Origin: Candidatus Omnitrophota bacterium
GTDB lineage: Bacteria > Omnitrophota > Gorgyraeia > Tantalellales > Tantalellaceae
Direction: 5' to 3'
Length of the DNA stretch: 64,000 bases
Assembly (NCBI GenBank): GCA_049642065.1
Contig: JBAROK010000027.1
Span: 14,398 to 78,397, forward strand
Shown: positions 1 to 9,863 of the stretch, in pieces
Layout of the letters: every line of letters starts with the position of its first letter
How positions within the stretch are numbered: the stretch's first letter is position 1
Notes under the pieces: generated by a model
The model's input: the letters and a program-made list of their open reading frames with translations, nothing else
Database searches by the model: none
What the model was told of the DNA's origin: nothing
Translations under genes and position numbers: made by a program

Positions 1-65
1 ATCCCGCCTTCGCCCATAGGCGTGGATATTGCCGCTATAGTATCTTTGTTAGCTATATCCATCAT
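1..65 (-). CDS. mnmE: 5' end (N-terminal ~21 codons) of tRNA modification GTPase MnmE/TrmE; gene continues beyond the window start
   Basis: Reverse complement of 1-65 reads ATGATGGATATAGCTAACAAAGATACTATAGCGGCAATATCCACGCCTATGGGCGAAGGCGGG, giving MMDIANKDTIAAISTPMGEGG. This matches the conserved MnmE N-terminus (DTIxAxATPxGxGG). The start ATGA overlaps the folC stop codon. Confidence 0.5.
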   Translation of the reverse strand, partial: MMDIANKDTIAAISTPMGEGG

Positions 66-1360
66 TTTTTGATCACTAGATCCCTTACTTCTCCAATAAC
101 AAAAAAAGAACCTGTTGCCAGTATAAGATCATTCTTGCCTGCTAAGTGAAACGCCGTTCCGAGCGCTTCAGTTACATCCCGGGTGAGTTTCACCTCTCGG
201 CCCTTGATATATCCCCTGATAAGTTCCGGGTTCAAGGCACGATCCACTCCGGCACGCGTAAGTACTACTTCATCAGCTAAAGGAACAAGCTCATCACAAA
301 CGCTTTTAATATCCTTATCCCGCGAAAGCCCCAGAAGAAGTATTAATTTATCATATCTGAAGATTTGTTCAACAGATTCTTTCAGCTGGCGTGCGCTTGC
401 GCCGTTCTGGGCGCCGTCTATCATTACCATTGGCTCACGAGAAAGAACTTCCATCCTTCCCGGGATAAACGCCTCTTTTATACCCTTCTTAAAATCATCT
501 ACGTTCACTTTATCATCAAGCAACTTCTCGCAGATACCAACCGCGACAGCACAGTTAGCTACCTGAAACTCACCCAGCAACCCTGTCTGGCAGCCGTTAT
601 ATTCATGGGTTTCGCTGCGTAGATCGAACGTACTGCCACCGGTATCCACACTCTTAACACGATACGTTATATCTTCCCCTACCAAAGATAAAGAAACGCC
701 CTTTTCGCTGCATCTAGACCTAACGACATCAAGAACAGTTTCATTTTGAGGCGCGCACACGCAACAGTTTCCCTCTTTGATTATTGCTGCTTTTTCAGCT
801 GCTATTTGTTCGAGTTTGTTGCCCAGAACCTGCATGTGATCATAACTTATCGGGCTTATGCCGCAGACTTTTTCGTCCAGGACGTTAGTGGCGTCAAACC
901 GGCCGCCCATACCCGTTTCAAAAACAGCGTAATCCGCTTTCTTCTCACTGAAATAAACCATGGCGATCAGAGTATACATCTCAAAGAACGTAAGATCTTT
1001 GCCACTACCAGGAAGGCATTCCCGGATATATTCGACGATACCCGCAAGCTCTTCTGTGGATATATTCCTACCGTTAACGCTTACACGTTCTTCCGGGTAG
1101 GTTAAATGCGGCGAAGTGAAGAGGCCCACACAGTATCCGGACGCGGAAAGCACGGAAGAAGTAAACGCCGAGATTGATCCTTTACCTTTCGTACCCGCAA
1201 TATGGATAGATCTGTAATCAAGTTGCGGATCGCCTAGCACTTCCAAAGCCTGGCGCAGTTTATCAAGATCAAAACTTTTCCCTTTGAACTCTTCGGGGCC
1301 CGTTTTTTCGTAATTTACAAGTGACTCCAGGTATTTGAGGGTATCTTCGTAGGTCTGCAT
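62..1360 (-). CDS. folC: Folylpolyglutamate synthase / dihydrofolate synthase (Mur ligase family)
   Basis: 432-aa ORF with the Mur-ligase P-loop HIAGTKGKGS and overall FolC-like sequence. The stop is coupled to the mnmE start. Confidence 0.85.
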   Translation of the reverse strand: MQTYEDTLKYLESLVNYEKTGPEEFKGKSFDLDKLRQALEVLGDPQLDYRSIHIAGTKGKGSISAFTSSVLSASGYCVGLFTSPHLTYPEERVSVNGRNISTEELAGIVEYIRECLPGSGKDLTFFEMYTLIAMVYFSEKKADYAVFETGMGGRFDATNVLDEKVCGISPISYDHMQVLGNKLEQIAAEKAAIIKEGNCCVCAPQNETVLDVVRSRCSEKGVSLSLVGEDITYRVKSVDTGGSTFDLRSETHEYNGCQTGLLGEFQVANCAVAVGICEKLLDDKVNVDDFKKGIKEAFIPGRMEVLSREPMVMIDGAQNGASARQLKESVEQIFRYDKLILLLGLSRDKDIKSVCDELVPLADEVVLTRAGVDRALNPELIRGYIKGREVKLTRDVTEALGTAFHLAGKNDLILATGSFFVIGEVRDLVIKK

Positions 1361-1380
1361 CTAACTAACGTCCGTTGTGA

Positions 1381-2937
1381 CTAATGACGGAAATGACGTT
1401 TTCCGGTAAATATCATGGGAATACCGAGTTTGTTGCACGCATCTATAACTTCTTCGTCGCGTATCGATCCTCCCGGCTGGATCACAGCAGCCACACCGGC
1501 TTTATGGGCTTCTTCGATAGAGTCCGCCATAGGGAAAAAAGCGTCACTGGCCAGGACGGACCCTTTGGCCCTATCCCCGGCTTTACGGATGGCTATAATA
1601 ACCGAATCTACACGTGACATCTGGCCGGCACCTATACCGACCGTCTTGGTCCCTTGGCAAAGTACGATAGCGTTACTTTTAACGAACCCTACGGATTTCC
1701 AGGCAAAGACCATTGAATCGGTAAGGTCTTCTGAAGGTTTATTATCCGTAACGACCTTGATATCGTCTGGCGATAAGCTGACAGTATCTTTATCCTGCAA
1801 CAGGAAACCGCCCATCACTTTCTTGAAATCTTTCCTGTTCTTTGCGGCGTAAGCTGCCAGGTCTTTTTTTAGTACCCTGAGGTTCTTTTTTACTTTGAAT
1901 ACGTCCAGTGCACTGGGATCGTATTCCGGAGCGACTATACATTCCACAAAACTGGCTTCATCAAGTATCTTTTTAGCTAAAGCCGCGTCTATCTTGCCGT
2001 TAAACCCCATGATACTTCCAAACGCGCTCATCCTGTCGCAATCCAAAGCATCCATATAAGCTTCTTCCAGGGTCTTTGCAGAAGCTATCCCGCAAGGATT
2101 ATTGTGTTTAACTATACTCACGGTCGGCTGGTCAAAACTCGCTACCATCTCAAGCGCCGAATCAAGATCCATTATGTTATTGAACGAAAGTTCTTTGCCC
2201 TGGAAAAGCTCAGCTGACTTAATGCCTTCATCTGGCGCCATGCTGCAGCTGTAAAAAGCCGCGGTTTGATGCGGATTCTCGCCATACCTGAGTTCCATAT
2301 CCCTTTTCAAACTGATATCCATAGTGCCGGGAAGTTTATCTTTACCGCTAGAAGAGGCGGCTAAATACCCGTGTATCGCTTTATCATACCCGGAAGTCTT
2401 CTCGAATACCCGTACCGCAAGACTTTTCAAGGTCTCTTCTGTAAGCCCGCCGTCATTCTCCTCAAGCTCTTTAACGACTTTTTCATACTGCTCGGGTGAA
2501 CTTACTACAGCTACGGAACGATAATTCTTGGCCGCGCTACGGAGCATTGAAGGGCCACCGATATCGATATTTTCAATAGCTTCTTCCAGCGTGACATCTG
2601 AGCGGGATATAGTCTCTTCAAACGGATAAAGGTTAACTACGACCATATCTATCATATGTATACCCTGGTCTTTCGCCTGGGCCATATGCTCTTTATTGTC
2701 CCTTAAAGCCAGAAGGCCGCCATGTACTTTCGGGTGAAGCGTTTTTACCCTGCCGTCCATCATTTCAGGATACCCGGTATAGATAGAGATCTCCGTTACC
2801 GGTATGCCAAGAGAATCTATTCTTTTATACGTACCGCCGGTCGAAACTATCTCTACACCCAGCTGATTGAGTTTTTTTACGAATTCGTCGAGTCCTGTCT
2901 TATCGGATACGCTTATTAGCGCTCTTTTTACTTTCAC
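1381..2937 (-). CDS. purH: Bifunctional AICAR transformylase / IMP cyclohydrolase
   Basis: 518 aa. The N-terminal MGS-like domain (ISVSDKTGL...VSTGGT) and C-terminal AICARFT domain are both recognisable. Confidence 0.9.
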   Translation of the reverse strand: MKVKRALISVSDKTGLDEFVKKLNQLGVEIVSTGGTYKRIDSLGIPVTEISIYTGYPEMMDGRVKTLHPKVHGGLLALRDNKEHMAQAKDQGIHMIDMVVVNLYPFEETISRSDVTLEEAIENIDIGGPSMLRSAAKNYRSVAVVSSPEQYEKVVKELEENDGGLTEETLKSLAVRVFEKTSGYDKAIHGYLAASSSGKDKLPGTMDISLKRDMELRYGENPHQTAAFYSCSMAPDEGIKSAELFQGKELSFNNIMDLDSALEMVASFDQPTVSIVKHNNPCGIASAKTLEEAYMDALDCDRMSAFGSIMGFNGKIDAALAKKILDEASFVECIVAPEYDPSALDVFKVKKNLRVLKKDLAAYAAKNRKDFKKVMGGFLLQDKDTVSLSPDDIKVVTDNKPSEDLTDSMVFAWKSVGFVKSNAIVLCQGTKTVGIGAGQMSRVDSVIIAIRKAGDRAKGSVLASDAFFPMADSIEEAHKAGVAAVIQPGGSIRDEEVIDACNKLGIPMIFTGKRHFRH

Positions 2938-2954
2938 GGCTGGTCCGCTCCTTC

Positions 2955-3530
2955 TTATAGCTTCAGCACCCTGTCTTTTAATCTTGTCACTTCGATGTCT
3001 GACTGGATCTTTTCTCTTTCTACACTCAGATTTTCTTTCTTTTCGATAAGAGTAGCTAACCTTTCGTTCCAGGTCTGTATCTCTTCCTGGGTCAAAGCAA
3101 GGTCGTCTTTTTTCTCGATAAGGTCAGTTATCTCGTTTATGTCTTTCTCCAGGTCCCTTATTTCGGAAGATTTTCTTTTAGATTGCCGCTGCATCTCCAT
3201 CAGGTCCCGCTGCAGCTGTCTTTTACTGGGGTCTATCTGGCGTTTTATCTTGTCCACAGAAGAAAGATAATCTTTTTTCTTCTGGGCTCTCTCTTCTTTA
3301 AGCGCGTCTATCTGGTTATCGATCTGCTGCGCTTTGCGCAAGAAAGCGGCTCTCTGGGTCGCGAGCTCCTGGCGCAAAGAATCCCGGTTATCAAGCGTCT
3401 TCTGGAAAGAAGGATCGTACGCAATGATCTTCTTTTCCGAGTCGCCCTGGTCCTTCTGGCAACCCAAAGCTGAAAAAGAGAGCACTAGCACGAAGAACAG
3501 TTTTGATAATTTAAGGGATACAGGTCTCAT
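2955..3530 (-). CDS. Coiled-coil lipoprotein, possibly OmpH/Skp-like periplasmic protein
   Basis: Signal peptide with lipobox (FSALGC), then a highly charged heptad-like K/E/R/Q-rich sequence. The family assignment is tentative. Confidence 0.45.
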   Translation of the reverse strand: MRPVSLKLSKLFFVLVLSFSALGCQKDQGDSEKKIIAYDPSFQKTLDNRDSLRQELATQRAAFLRKAQQIDNQIDALKEERAQKKKDYLSSVDKIKRQIDPSKRQLQRDLMEMQRQSKRKSSEIRDLEKDINEITDLIEKKDDLALTQEEIQTWNERLATLIEKKENLSVEREKIQSDIEVTRLKDRVLKL

Positions 3531-3542
3531 GGTACGTATGAG

Positions 3543-3740
3543 TTATCTACCGCCTTTTAGTTTCAGAACGTCTTTAAGTTCGCTGAAACCCGCAGCAATT
3601 GCGATTATCCCGCCAAAAATAAGTATAATCGGTATTATCCCGCGCAGCACGAATAAGAGTTCATACCACCAGGATATAAATAAAATTACACCCACAACAG
3701 TCACGATAGCCCCGACTAAAAGGCTGAGTAGCTTTCCCAT
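3543..3740 (-). CDS. Small hydrophobic membrane protein (2 TM), hypothetical
   Basis: 65 aa with two predicted TM helices. It sits in the gap between mgtE and the coiled-coil gene, and its only overlapping ORFs (3183..3473+, 3334..3759+) are antisense ORFs treated as spurious. Confidence 0.4.
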   Translation of the reverse strand: MGKLLSLLVGAIVTVVGVILFISWWYELLFVLRGIIPIILIFGGIIAIAAGFSELKDVLKLKGGR

Positions 3741-3822
3741 CCCGTTACCTCCCTTTTAAATATTAAAATATGGGAAATTGAGTATAACACAATTTTTTTT
3801 CAGGTGTCAATTCTTAGCGGCA

Positions 3823-5196
3823 TTACGCCAAAAGATATGTTGCTACGCTCAAATAAATGAATACCCCTATCACATCGTTAAGGGTCGTAATGAGCGGACC
3901 GGACGCTAACGCGGGATCCACTCCTATTTTTTTAAATACTACCGGTATTAGAACGCCTACAAAGTTGGACCATACAACCACCAGAAAGATCGATAGCCCC
4001 ACTATAATACCAACTACGGTGTTATGTTTCCAGAAGTTGGCTAGAACTGAAAGTACCGTCGCGCATACTACACCGAGTACCAACGCTATTTTCAGCTGGC
4101 GCCAGATCTCTTCCCCTACGTGCGGCAGATCGATCCGTCCAAGAGCTATCTCCCTCACAACGACCGTGGATGCCTGGACACCGCTATTTCCCCCGGTAGC
4201 GGTTATTACGGGAATAAACGATACCAACGCTATCATCTCGGCAAGGGTCACTTCAAACATCTGTATGACCAGCCCTGTCACTATACTGCCCAACATACAT
4301 GTGATAAGCCACGGAAGCCTGTTCTGTGTGGCTTTCATCGTGGTTTCCGTACCATGCTCTTCTTCTATGGTACCGGTCATGCGACTTATATCTTCGGCAT
4401 GCTCTTCGTCCATAACGTCAATAATATCGTCAACCGTTATACGGCCGACCAGAACGCCTTTTGAGTCCACTACAGGAAGCGCCGTAAGGTCGTATTTCCT
4501 CATTGTATGAGCGACCCTCTCCTGATCCTCATCTACGAGAGCGGAATGGACATCCTCTTCCATTATGTCTTTTATGAGAGCGCCTTTCCTTGCGGTTAGA
4601 AGTTTCCGTATCGGAACTATGCCACGCAGTTTCATCAGGCTATCCACAACGTAAACGAAAAAGACGTCCTCGTCCATTTCCAGGCTTCTTAAATACCTTA
4701 TGGCGTCCTCAATATCGTTCTCTTCCCCGACATGCACGAACTCGGGGTTCATGACGCGTGCCGCACTGTCTTCGGGATAGCTTAAGATCTCCTCTACCTC
4801 TTCGGCATCTTTCTCTTCCATGAGGTCAAGGATCTCTTCTCTCTCTTTTTCGGGGACTTCTTCGACTATGTCCGCCGCTTCGTCAACAGGCATTGCGTCA
4901 AGAACCCGGGCAAGTCTATCGTTTGCGACCTGCTGCAGTAGCTGCAACCGCGTGTGCGGATCCGTGTCATCAAGCACAACAGCTGCCGATTCAGGGTCAA
5001 GCAGATTGAATATCTTTACCTTATCTTCTACCGGAAATTCGGAAAGGATCTCGGCTACGTCCTCAGGCTCCATATAGGCAAGAAGGGTTTGCATATCCCC
5101 GAGCTTTTCCTCTCCAATAAGAGTTTTAAGCTCGTTGATACGGTCCTCAACGGTCGGAATCTCGTGCTGGTTTTGTTCTTTCATCTTATCTGTCAT
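3823..5196 (-). CDS. mgtE: Magnesium transporter MgtE (MgtE-N domain, tandem CBS domains, C-terminal 5-TM channel domain)
   Basis: 457 aa with an acidic N-terminal domain, a CBS pair and a C-terminal hydrophobic domain that has the conserved MgtE architecture. Confidence 0.85.
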   Translation of the reverse strand: MTDKMKEQNQHEIPTVEDRINELKTLIGEEKLGDMQTLLAYMEPEDVAEILSEFPVEDKVKIFNLLDPESAAVVLDDTDPHTRLQLLQQVANDRLARVLDAMPVDEAADIVEEVPEKEREEILDLMEEKDAEEVEEILSYPEDSAARVMNPEFVHVGEENDIEDAIRYLRSLEMDEDVFFVYVVDSLMKLRGIVPIRKLLTARKGALIKDIMEEDVHSALVDEDQERVAHTMRKYDLTALPVVDSKGVLVGRITVDDIIDVMDEEHAEDISRMTGTIEEEHGTETTMKATQNRLPWLITCMLGSIVTGLVIQMFEVTLAEMIALVSFIPVITATGGNSGVQASTVVVREIALGRIDLPHVGEEIWRQLKIALVLGVVCATVLSVLANFWKHNTVVGIIVGLSIFLVVVWSNFVGVLIPVVFKKIGVDPALASGPLITTLNDVIGVFIYLSVATYLLA

Positions 5197-5304
5197 GATG
5201 ATATCCGTATTTTTATTCTTTGGGGCAAATCGTAATTATATCATTATACGGTTATTCGGTGATATTTCCAAAGTTTTTTATTATATCGAGATATCCGGGA
5301 AATA

Positions 5305-5313
5305 TGATATAAT
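5305..5313 (+). promoter_or_regulatory. Candidate extended -10 element (TGaTATAAT) about 10 nt upstream of the era ATG; would make era mRNA nearly leaderless
   Basis: TGATATAAT lies at 5305-5313 and the era ATG at 5323. No convincing -35 and no SD in between. Confidence 0.25.
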
Positions 5314-5322
5314 CTCTTCACT

Positions 5323-6213
5323 ATGCAGAGATCAGGTTTTGTAGCTATATCCGGACAGCCTAATGTGGGTAAATCCACTATACTGAACGGACTTCTGAAG
5401 GAAAAAGTCGCTATAATCAGCAAGAAACCGGAAACTACCCGGGATAATATACGCGGCATACTTACAGAAGACGATTGCCAGATAGTGTTCGTGGATACTC
5501 CCGGTATCCATAAACCGCATGACCTTCTCGGCAAACTGATGCTTTCCAGGGCCCAATCGACCCTTATGGAATCTGATATGGTCCTTTTTATAACCGAGAA
5601 GAACTTCGCGTTTAACTCTGAAGACGAGCTTATACTAAAACGCCTGCCGAAACCTGAAGAAGACAAAAAAGTCATACTTATTATCAACAAAGTGGACAAG
5701 GTGAAAGACAAAAAACTGCTTCTTCCCCTTATAAATAAAGCCACAAAAATGTATCCTTTTGATGAGGTCGTGCCTATGTGCGCCCTTAAACAGGCTGATC
5801 TTGATAGATTGCTTAAGCTGGTAAAATCCTATATACCTGAAGGGCCTTTTCTTTATCCAGAAGAGCAGCTTACCGATAAAAGCGAACAGTTCACGATACA
5901 GGAGATTATCAGAGAAAAGATACTGACCAACACTTACCAGGAAGTTCCCCATGCGGTTGCCGTAGTGATAGACGAGATGTCCGAAGAAGATAAACTCATC
6001 AAGATATACGCTACCATATACGTCGAACGTACCTCACAAAGGTCTATCATTATCGGTAAAGCAGGCTCTATGATAAAAACAATAGGCGAACTTGCCCGAC
6101 CTGAAATAGAAGAGCTCCTCTCAAAACACGTACATCTTGACCTGTGGGTAAAAGTATTCGATAACTGGAAGAAAGATCCGCACGGCCTTAAAGAACTCGG
6201 CTATTCCGATTAA
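5323..6213 (+). CDS. era: GTPase Era (GTP-binding domain plus KH domain)
   Basis: G1 motif GQPNVGKST, G3 DTPG, G4 NKVD, and a C-terminal KH domain. The gene is divergent from mgtE. Confidence 0.9.
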   Translation: MQRSGFVAISGQPNVGKSTILNGLLKEKVAIISKKPETTRDNIRGILTEDDCQIVFVDTPGIHKPHDLLGKLMLSRAQSTLMESDMVLFITEKNFAFNSEDELILKRLPKPEEDKKVILIINKVDKVKDKKLLLPLINKATKMYPFDEVVPMCALKQADLDRLLKLVKSYIPEGPFLYPEEQLTDKSEQFTIQEIIREKILTNTYQEVPHAVAVVIDEMSEEDKLIKIYATIYVERTSQRSIIIGKAGSMIKTIGELARPEIEELLSKHVHLDLWVKVFDNWKKDPHGLKELGYSD

Positions 6214-6833
6214 ATGTGTATATCACGTTTAACGAGATCTTTGCGGAACTGTTCGGGAGTGGTGAACTGAAAAGCGCAGATACCCATGACCCGGGCCGCC
6301 TCTATAAGATCCATCCTGTCATCGGTATAGATCGTATCACGAGGAATGCTGCCTGCCACACGCATCGCTTCAGTAAATATCTTTGTATTCGGTTTCTGGC
6401 ACCCCATCTCATGCGAGACTACGTGCCCGTCCAATAGATCAAGTATCTTGTATTCCTGTTTTATAAACTCGTAGTGAGACTCGTTGGTATTCGATATCAA
6501 TACCAGTTTTATGTCCGGGTATTTTTCTTTAAGCACGCCGATGATATCGTTCATCTCCGGGAACGGATAGAATATACTGTTCCATATCTGGTAAAACTCG
6601 CCGAACTTTATGTCCATCTTAAACTCTCGGCGTGTCTTATTGTAGAACTGGGACGAGGTAAGTTTTCCTTCCATGTACCTGTTCATGTTATCTGATTCCA
6701 TGAAATAATCTACTACCGCACCTTCTTTCACTTTCCCGTAAGAAGCGTACGCTTTCTCAAGTTTTACAGCGTCCACGCCGACAATGACGTTACCGAGATC
6801 AAAAAGTATGGCTTTGACGTTCTTTTTACTCAT
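6210..6833 (-). CDS. HAD-superfamily hydrolase
   Basis: Motif I FDLGNV and the C-terminal DD motif typical of HAD phosphatases. Confidence 0.7.
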   Translation of the reverse strand: MSKKNVKAILFDLGNVIVGVDAVKLEKAYASYGKVKEGAVVDYFMESDNMNRYMEGKLTSSQFYNKTRREFKMDIKFGEFYQIWNSIFYPFPEMNDIIGVLKEKYPDIKLVLISNTNESHYEFIKQEYKILDLLDGHVVSHEMGCQKPNTKIFTEAMRVAGSIPRDTIYTDDRMDLIEAARVMGICAFQFTTPEQFRKDLVKRDIHI

Positions 6834-7242
6834 ATATGTTCAGCCCTTTTTCCAGCAAATCTTTCGACCCTTTATACTCGATAGTATCCAGTGCCTCTTC
6901 CGGAGCGAACCACCTGCCCTCTTCGATCTCCTGCGTCTGTATGTTAAGTGGTTCATCAGCCGTCTCTTCTACAAGAAAGATATGCACTGTTTTAAAGATC
7001 TCTTCTCCGGCCAAGGTGTAATAATATTCCTGTTTCCCTAGAAGGGACAGGATCTTGATTTGTTTAAGTCCTGTCTCTTCGGATATTTCCCGAAGAGCCG
7101 TCTCCTCGGGCGTTTCCCCTTCTTCTACATGCCCTTTCGGCCAGGTCCAGTGCCCGTAACTATCTTTTACAAGAAGCACCTTTAAAAGAGATCCTTCTCT
7201 TTTTATTATAACACCGCCTGCAGCAAAATGTCTTTTAGCCAT
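6826..7242 (-). CDS. NUDIX hydrolase
   Basis: Nudix box GHVEEGETPEETALREISEETGL. Confidence 0.75.
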   Translation of the reverse strand: MAKRHFAAGGVIIKREGSLLKVLLVKDSYGHWTWPKGHVEEGETPEETALREISEETGLKQIKILSLLGKQEYYYTLAGEEIFKTVHIFLVEETADEPLNIQTQEIEEGRWFAPEEALDTIEYKGSKDLLEKGLNIYE

Positions 7243-7256
7243 ATAAAACCCGCCTT

Positions 7257-9323
7257 CTATAGATCAATAATGGTCTCACCGGAAGAGTCTTCGTATTCGA
7301 AATTTTTGGTGTTTTCGAGGTCGTAGCTTCCGCCCACGGAAGAAGAATCGACTTCCCATACCTCGTAATCAGATGACGACAGCTCCTCAAGGAACCTGCT
7401 GCGCCGGGCTACAACAGTACCCATCTGGTAATCATACCGTGTTATCGGATGTATAAGATACAGATATTTCCTTGCTCTTGTAGAAGCTACATAAAAAAGC
7501 CGGCGTTCTTCTTCCATCTCGTTGTCTTCCGAGATAGCCTTAGGATGCGGGAACTGTCCCTCACAGAGCCCGATGATCATTACAGTTTCCCATTCAAGCC
7601 CTTTCGCCTGGTGTATGGTCGAAAGCACCAGGTGTTCATCTTCCTCGGCTGAAGTGGCTACCGTTTCGCCACGGAAACTTTCCCTAAGAGTTATATCGTT
7701 CAAAAAATCGTTTGTCGAGGTATAATCATGCGAAAAGTTTATAAGTTCATGTATATCGTCTACCCTGTCTTTAGCGTTCTCATAATTAGCCAGCATGTGA
7801 GTTTCGTAACCCGCATCCAGTATCATACTGATCATTTCACCCGGTACTTGCCCGGCACCTTCGGAAGTGATAGCTTCAAGTATCTTTTTGAACCTGGCGT
7901 ATCCCGTTTGCGCCCTCTTAGGTATAATGTCGGCTATATTTTTACGGGCGAATTCCGCTAAAGAGATATCGCTTCTACGAAAATGTTCGTATATCTTCTC
8001 CGCGTAGCCCGGCCCGATACCCGGACATAGCGTCAGAACACGCATCCAGGCGATCTCGTCTATGGGATTCGCCGTGATCTTCATGTAAGCCAACACATCC
8101 TTTATATGCGCCTGCTCAAAGAACCGTATCCCGCCACGCACGATATAAGGAATCCCGCGTTTTACAAGTTCCATCTGCAGTTCCGCCGACTGGTAATGTG
8201 CCCGGAAAAGTACCGCCATATCCTTAAGTTCGGTACCTTCTTCACGCATCTCAAGCACTCTTTGCGCAATAAACCGCGCCTGAGAGTAAAGGTCTTTCAC
8301 CTCAACAAGGGCGGGTTTTTCCAGTGAAGGGTTCATCGCTTTTAACGTTTTTTCGAACTGGTTCTCGTTGTTCTTCAAAGAATCGTTCGCAAGATCCAGT
8401 ATCTCCGGAGTAGAACGGTAATTGGTCTCAAGTTTGTATATCTTAGAAGAATCGAATTTCTTGGGAAAGTTGAGTATGTTCTCTACACGCGCCCCTCGGA
8501 ATGAATATATAGATTGCGCGTCGTCACCCACTACAAGAACGTTTTTATGGTGCTCTGCCAGGATGTCAACTATATCGGCCTGCAGGAAGTTCGTATCCTG
8601 ATACTCATCGACCATTATATACTGGAACTGTTCGGAGAACCTTTTGCGGGCAGACGGTACGCTCTCAAGCAACCATTTCCATTTCGACAGAAGATCATCG
8701 TAATCCATGTTGCTCGATTCTTTCTTCTTGGTGTTATAGAGCTGCTTGATACCTTCTATCTCCTTGGAAAACTTCTCAAAATACGGATATTTTTCATCAA
8801 GCACACTGCTTACGCTTGCTTTGGTATTCGCTGCGAAACTTATTATCGACTGGATAACGGAAGGTTTCGGGAACCGCTCTTCTTTTGCCCGGGATCCTAT
8901 CTTTTTCATGCACGCTTTGATAAGGTCTTTAGAATCGTGCTGGTCAAGTATCCCGAAATCTCTCTTGTAACCCATATCGGGCGCGTACATGCGCAGTGAC
9001 CTGTTGCCCACATGATGAAAAGTCCCGCTCCAGAGCCCTTTCGGCTTGTACTTTAAAAGCATTTCCGTACGGTCCTGCATCTCCCGTGCGGCCTTGTTGG
9101 TAAAGGTCATCAGAAGTATGTTCTTGGGCGGGACGCCGCGTTCCAACAGATACGCGAGCCGGTAAATAAGTGTACGCGTTTTGCCGCTACCGGCACCGGC
9201 AAGGACAAGACACGGTCCTTCCGCGCCAGTTACCACCTCGTACTGCTGCTGGTTAAGGTTACCCTTAAAATCAATATGTGTTTCGACCCGTCCGGTGGGT
9301 TCATGCAAAATATACTTTTTCAT
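7257..9323 (-). CDS. ATP-dependent DNA helicase, UvrD/PcrA/Rep family (SF1)
   Basis: Walker A GAGSGKT, a UvrD-helicase N-terminal domain and C-terminal motifs. 688 aa. Confidence 0.85.
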   Translation of the reverse strand: MKKYILHEPTGRVETHIDFKGNLNQQQYEVVTGAEGPCLVLAGAGSGKTRTLIYRLAYLLERGVPPKNILLMTFTNKAAREMQDRTEMLLKYKPKGLWSGTFHHVGNRSLRMYAPDMGYKRDFGILDQHDSKDLIKACMKKIGSRAKEERFPKPSVIQSIISFAANTKASVSSVLDEKYPYFEKFSKEIEGIKQLYNTKKKESSNMDYDDLLSKWKWLLESVPSARKRFSEQFQYIMVDEYQDTNFLQADIVDILAEHHKNVLVVGDDAQSIYSFRGARVENILNFPKKFDSSKIYKLETNYRSTPEILDLANDSLKNNENQFEKTLKAMNPSLEKPALVEVKDLYSQARFIAQRVLEMREEGTELKDMAVLFRAHYQSAELQMELVKRGIPYIVRGGIRFFEQAHIKDVLAYMKITANPIDEIAWMRVLTLCPGIGPGYAEKIYEHFRRSDISLAEFARKNIADIIPKRAQTGYARFKKILEAITSEGAGQVPGEMISMILDAGYETHMLANYENAKDRVDDIHELINFSHDYTSTNDFLNDITLRESFRGETVATSAEEDEHLVLSTIHQAKGLEWETVMIIGLCEGQFPHPKAISEDNEMEEERRLFYVASTRARKYLYLIHPITRYDYQMGTVVARRSRFLEELSSSDYEVWEVDSSSVGGSYDLENTKNFEYEDSSGETIIDL

Positions 9324-9389
9324 GATTCGGGTATTATAGCGTAAGAGGTCCTTAAAATCAAATCGGCTTGAATATCGCGTTTTGGCAAG

Positions 9390-9842
9390 TTACGGCTTGT
9401 TGAACTGGCCGGCTATCTTGGGACGCGTAAAAAAATAGATGATTGAAAGTTCGAATAACGTAATGAAAGCGGTGATAAATACCGCGTAAGTATATACCGT
9501 CCCGCTCATCTCCGGAGAAACGCCGGATTGTTCTGTTAGCATGAATTCTTTGAAATTCGCCATTACGGTCTTATTCAGAAAAAATCCGGAGATAACACTG
9601 ACCGTGGTAAGACCCAGTACCAGCTTCCTGGCCCAGTTTTCAAGCCTCAAGAGCCGGGTACCGCAATAAACCGCGCAAATGCCGTAGAGGATGGTAAATA
9701 GATATATCGCAAAAATAAGTGCCGGCGCCAGTGGTTTGAACATTAAAGAGAACTGCTTATACCCGCCTACTCCTAACAGGTTGTATATCCCGAACGCGAT
9801 AATAGCTATACCGTATATCTTTACGCCCTTACTTCTTTCCAT
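9390..9842 (-). CDS. Hypothetical 4-TM membrane protein
   Basis: 150-aa hydrophobic ORF with a weak SD (AAGAGGTG) upstream. Confidence 0.4.
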   Translation of the reverse strand: MERSKGVKIYGIAIIAFGIYNLLGVGGYKQFSLMFKPLAPALIFAIYLFTILYGICAVYCGTRLLRLENWARKLVLGLTTVSVISGFFLNKTVMANFKEFMLTEQSGVSPEMSGTVYTYAVFITAFITLFELSIIYFFTRPKIAGQFNKP

Positions 9843-9863
9843 CCAATATCACCAGCACCTCTT

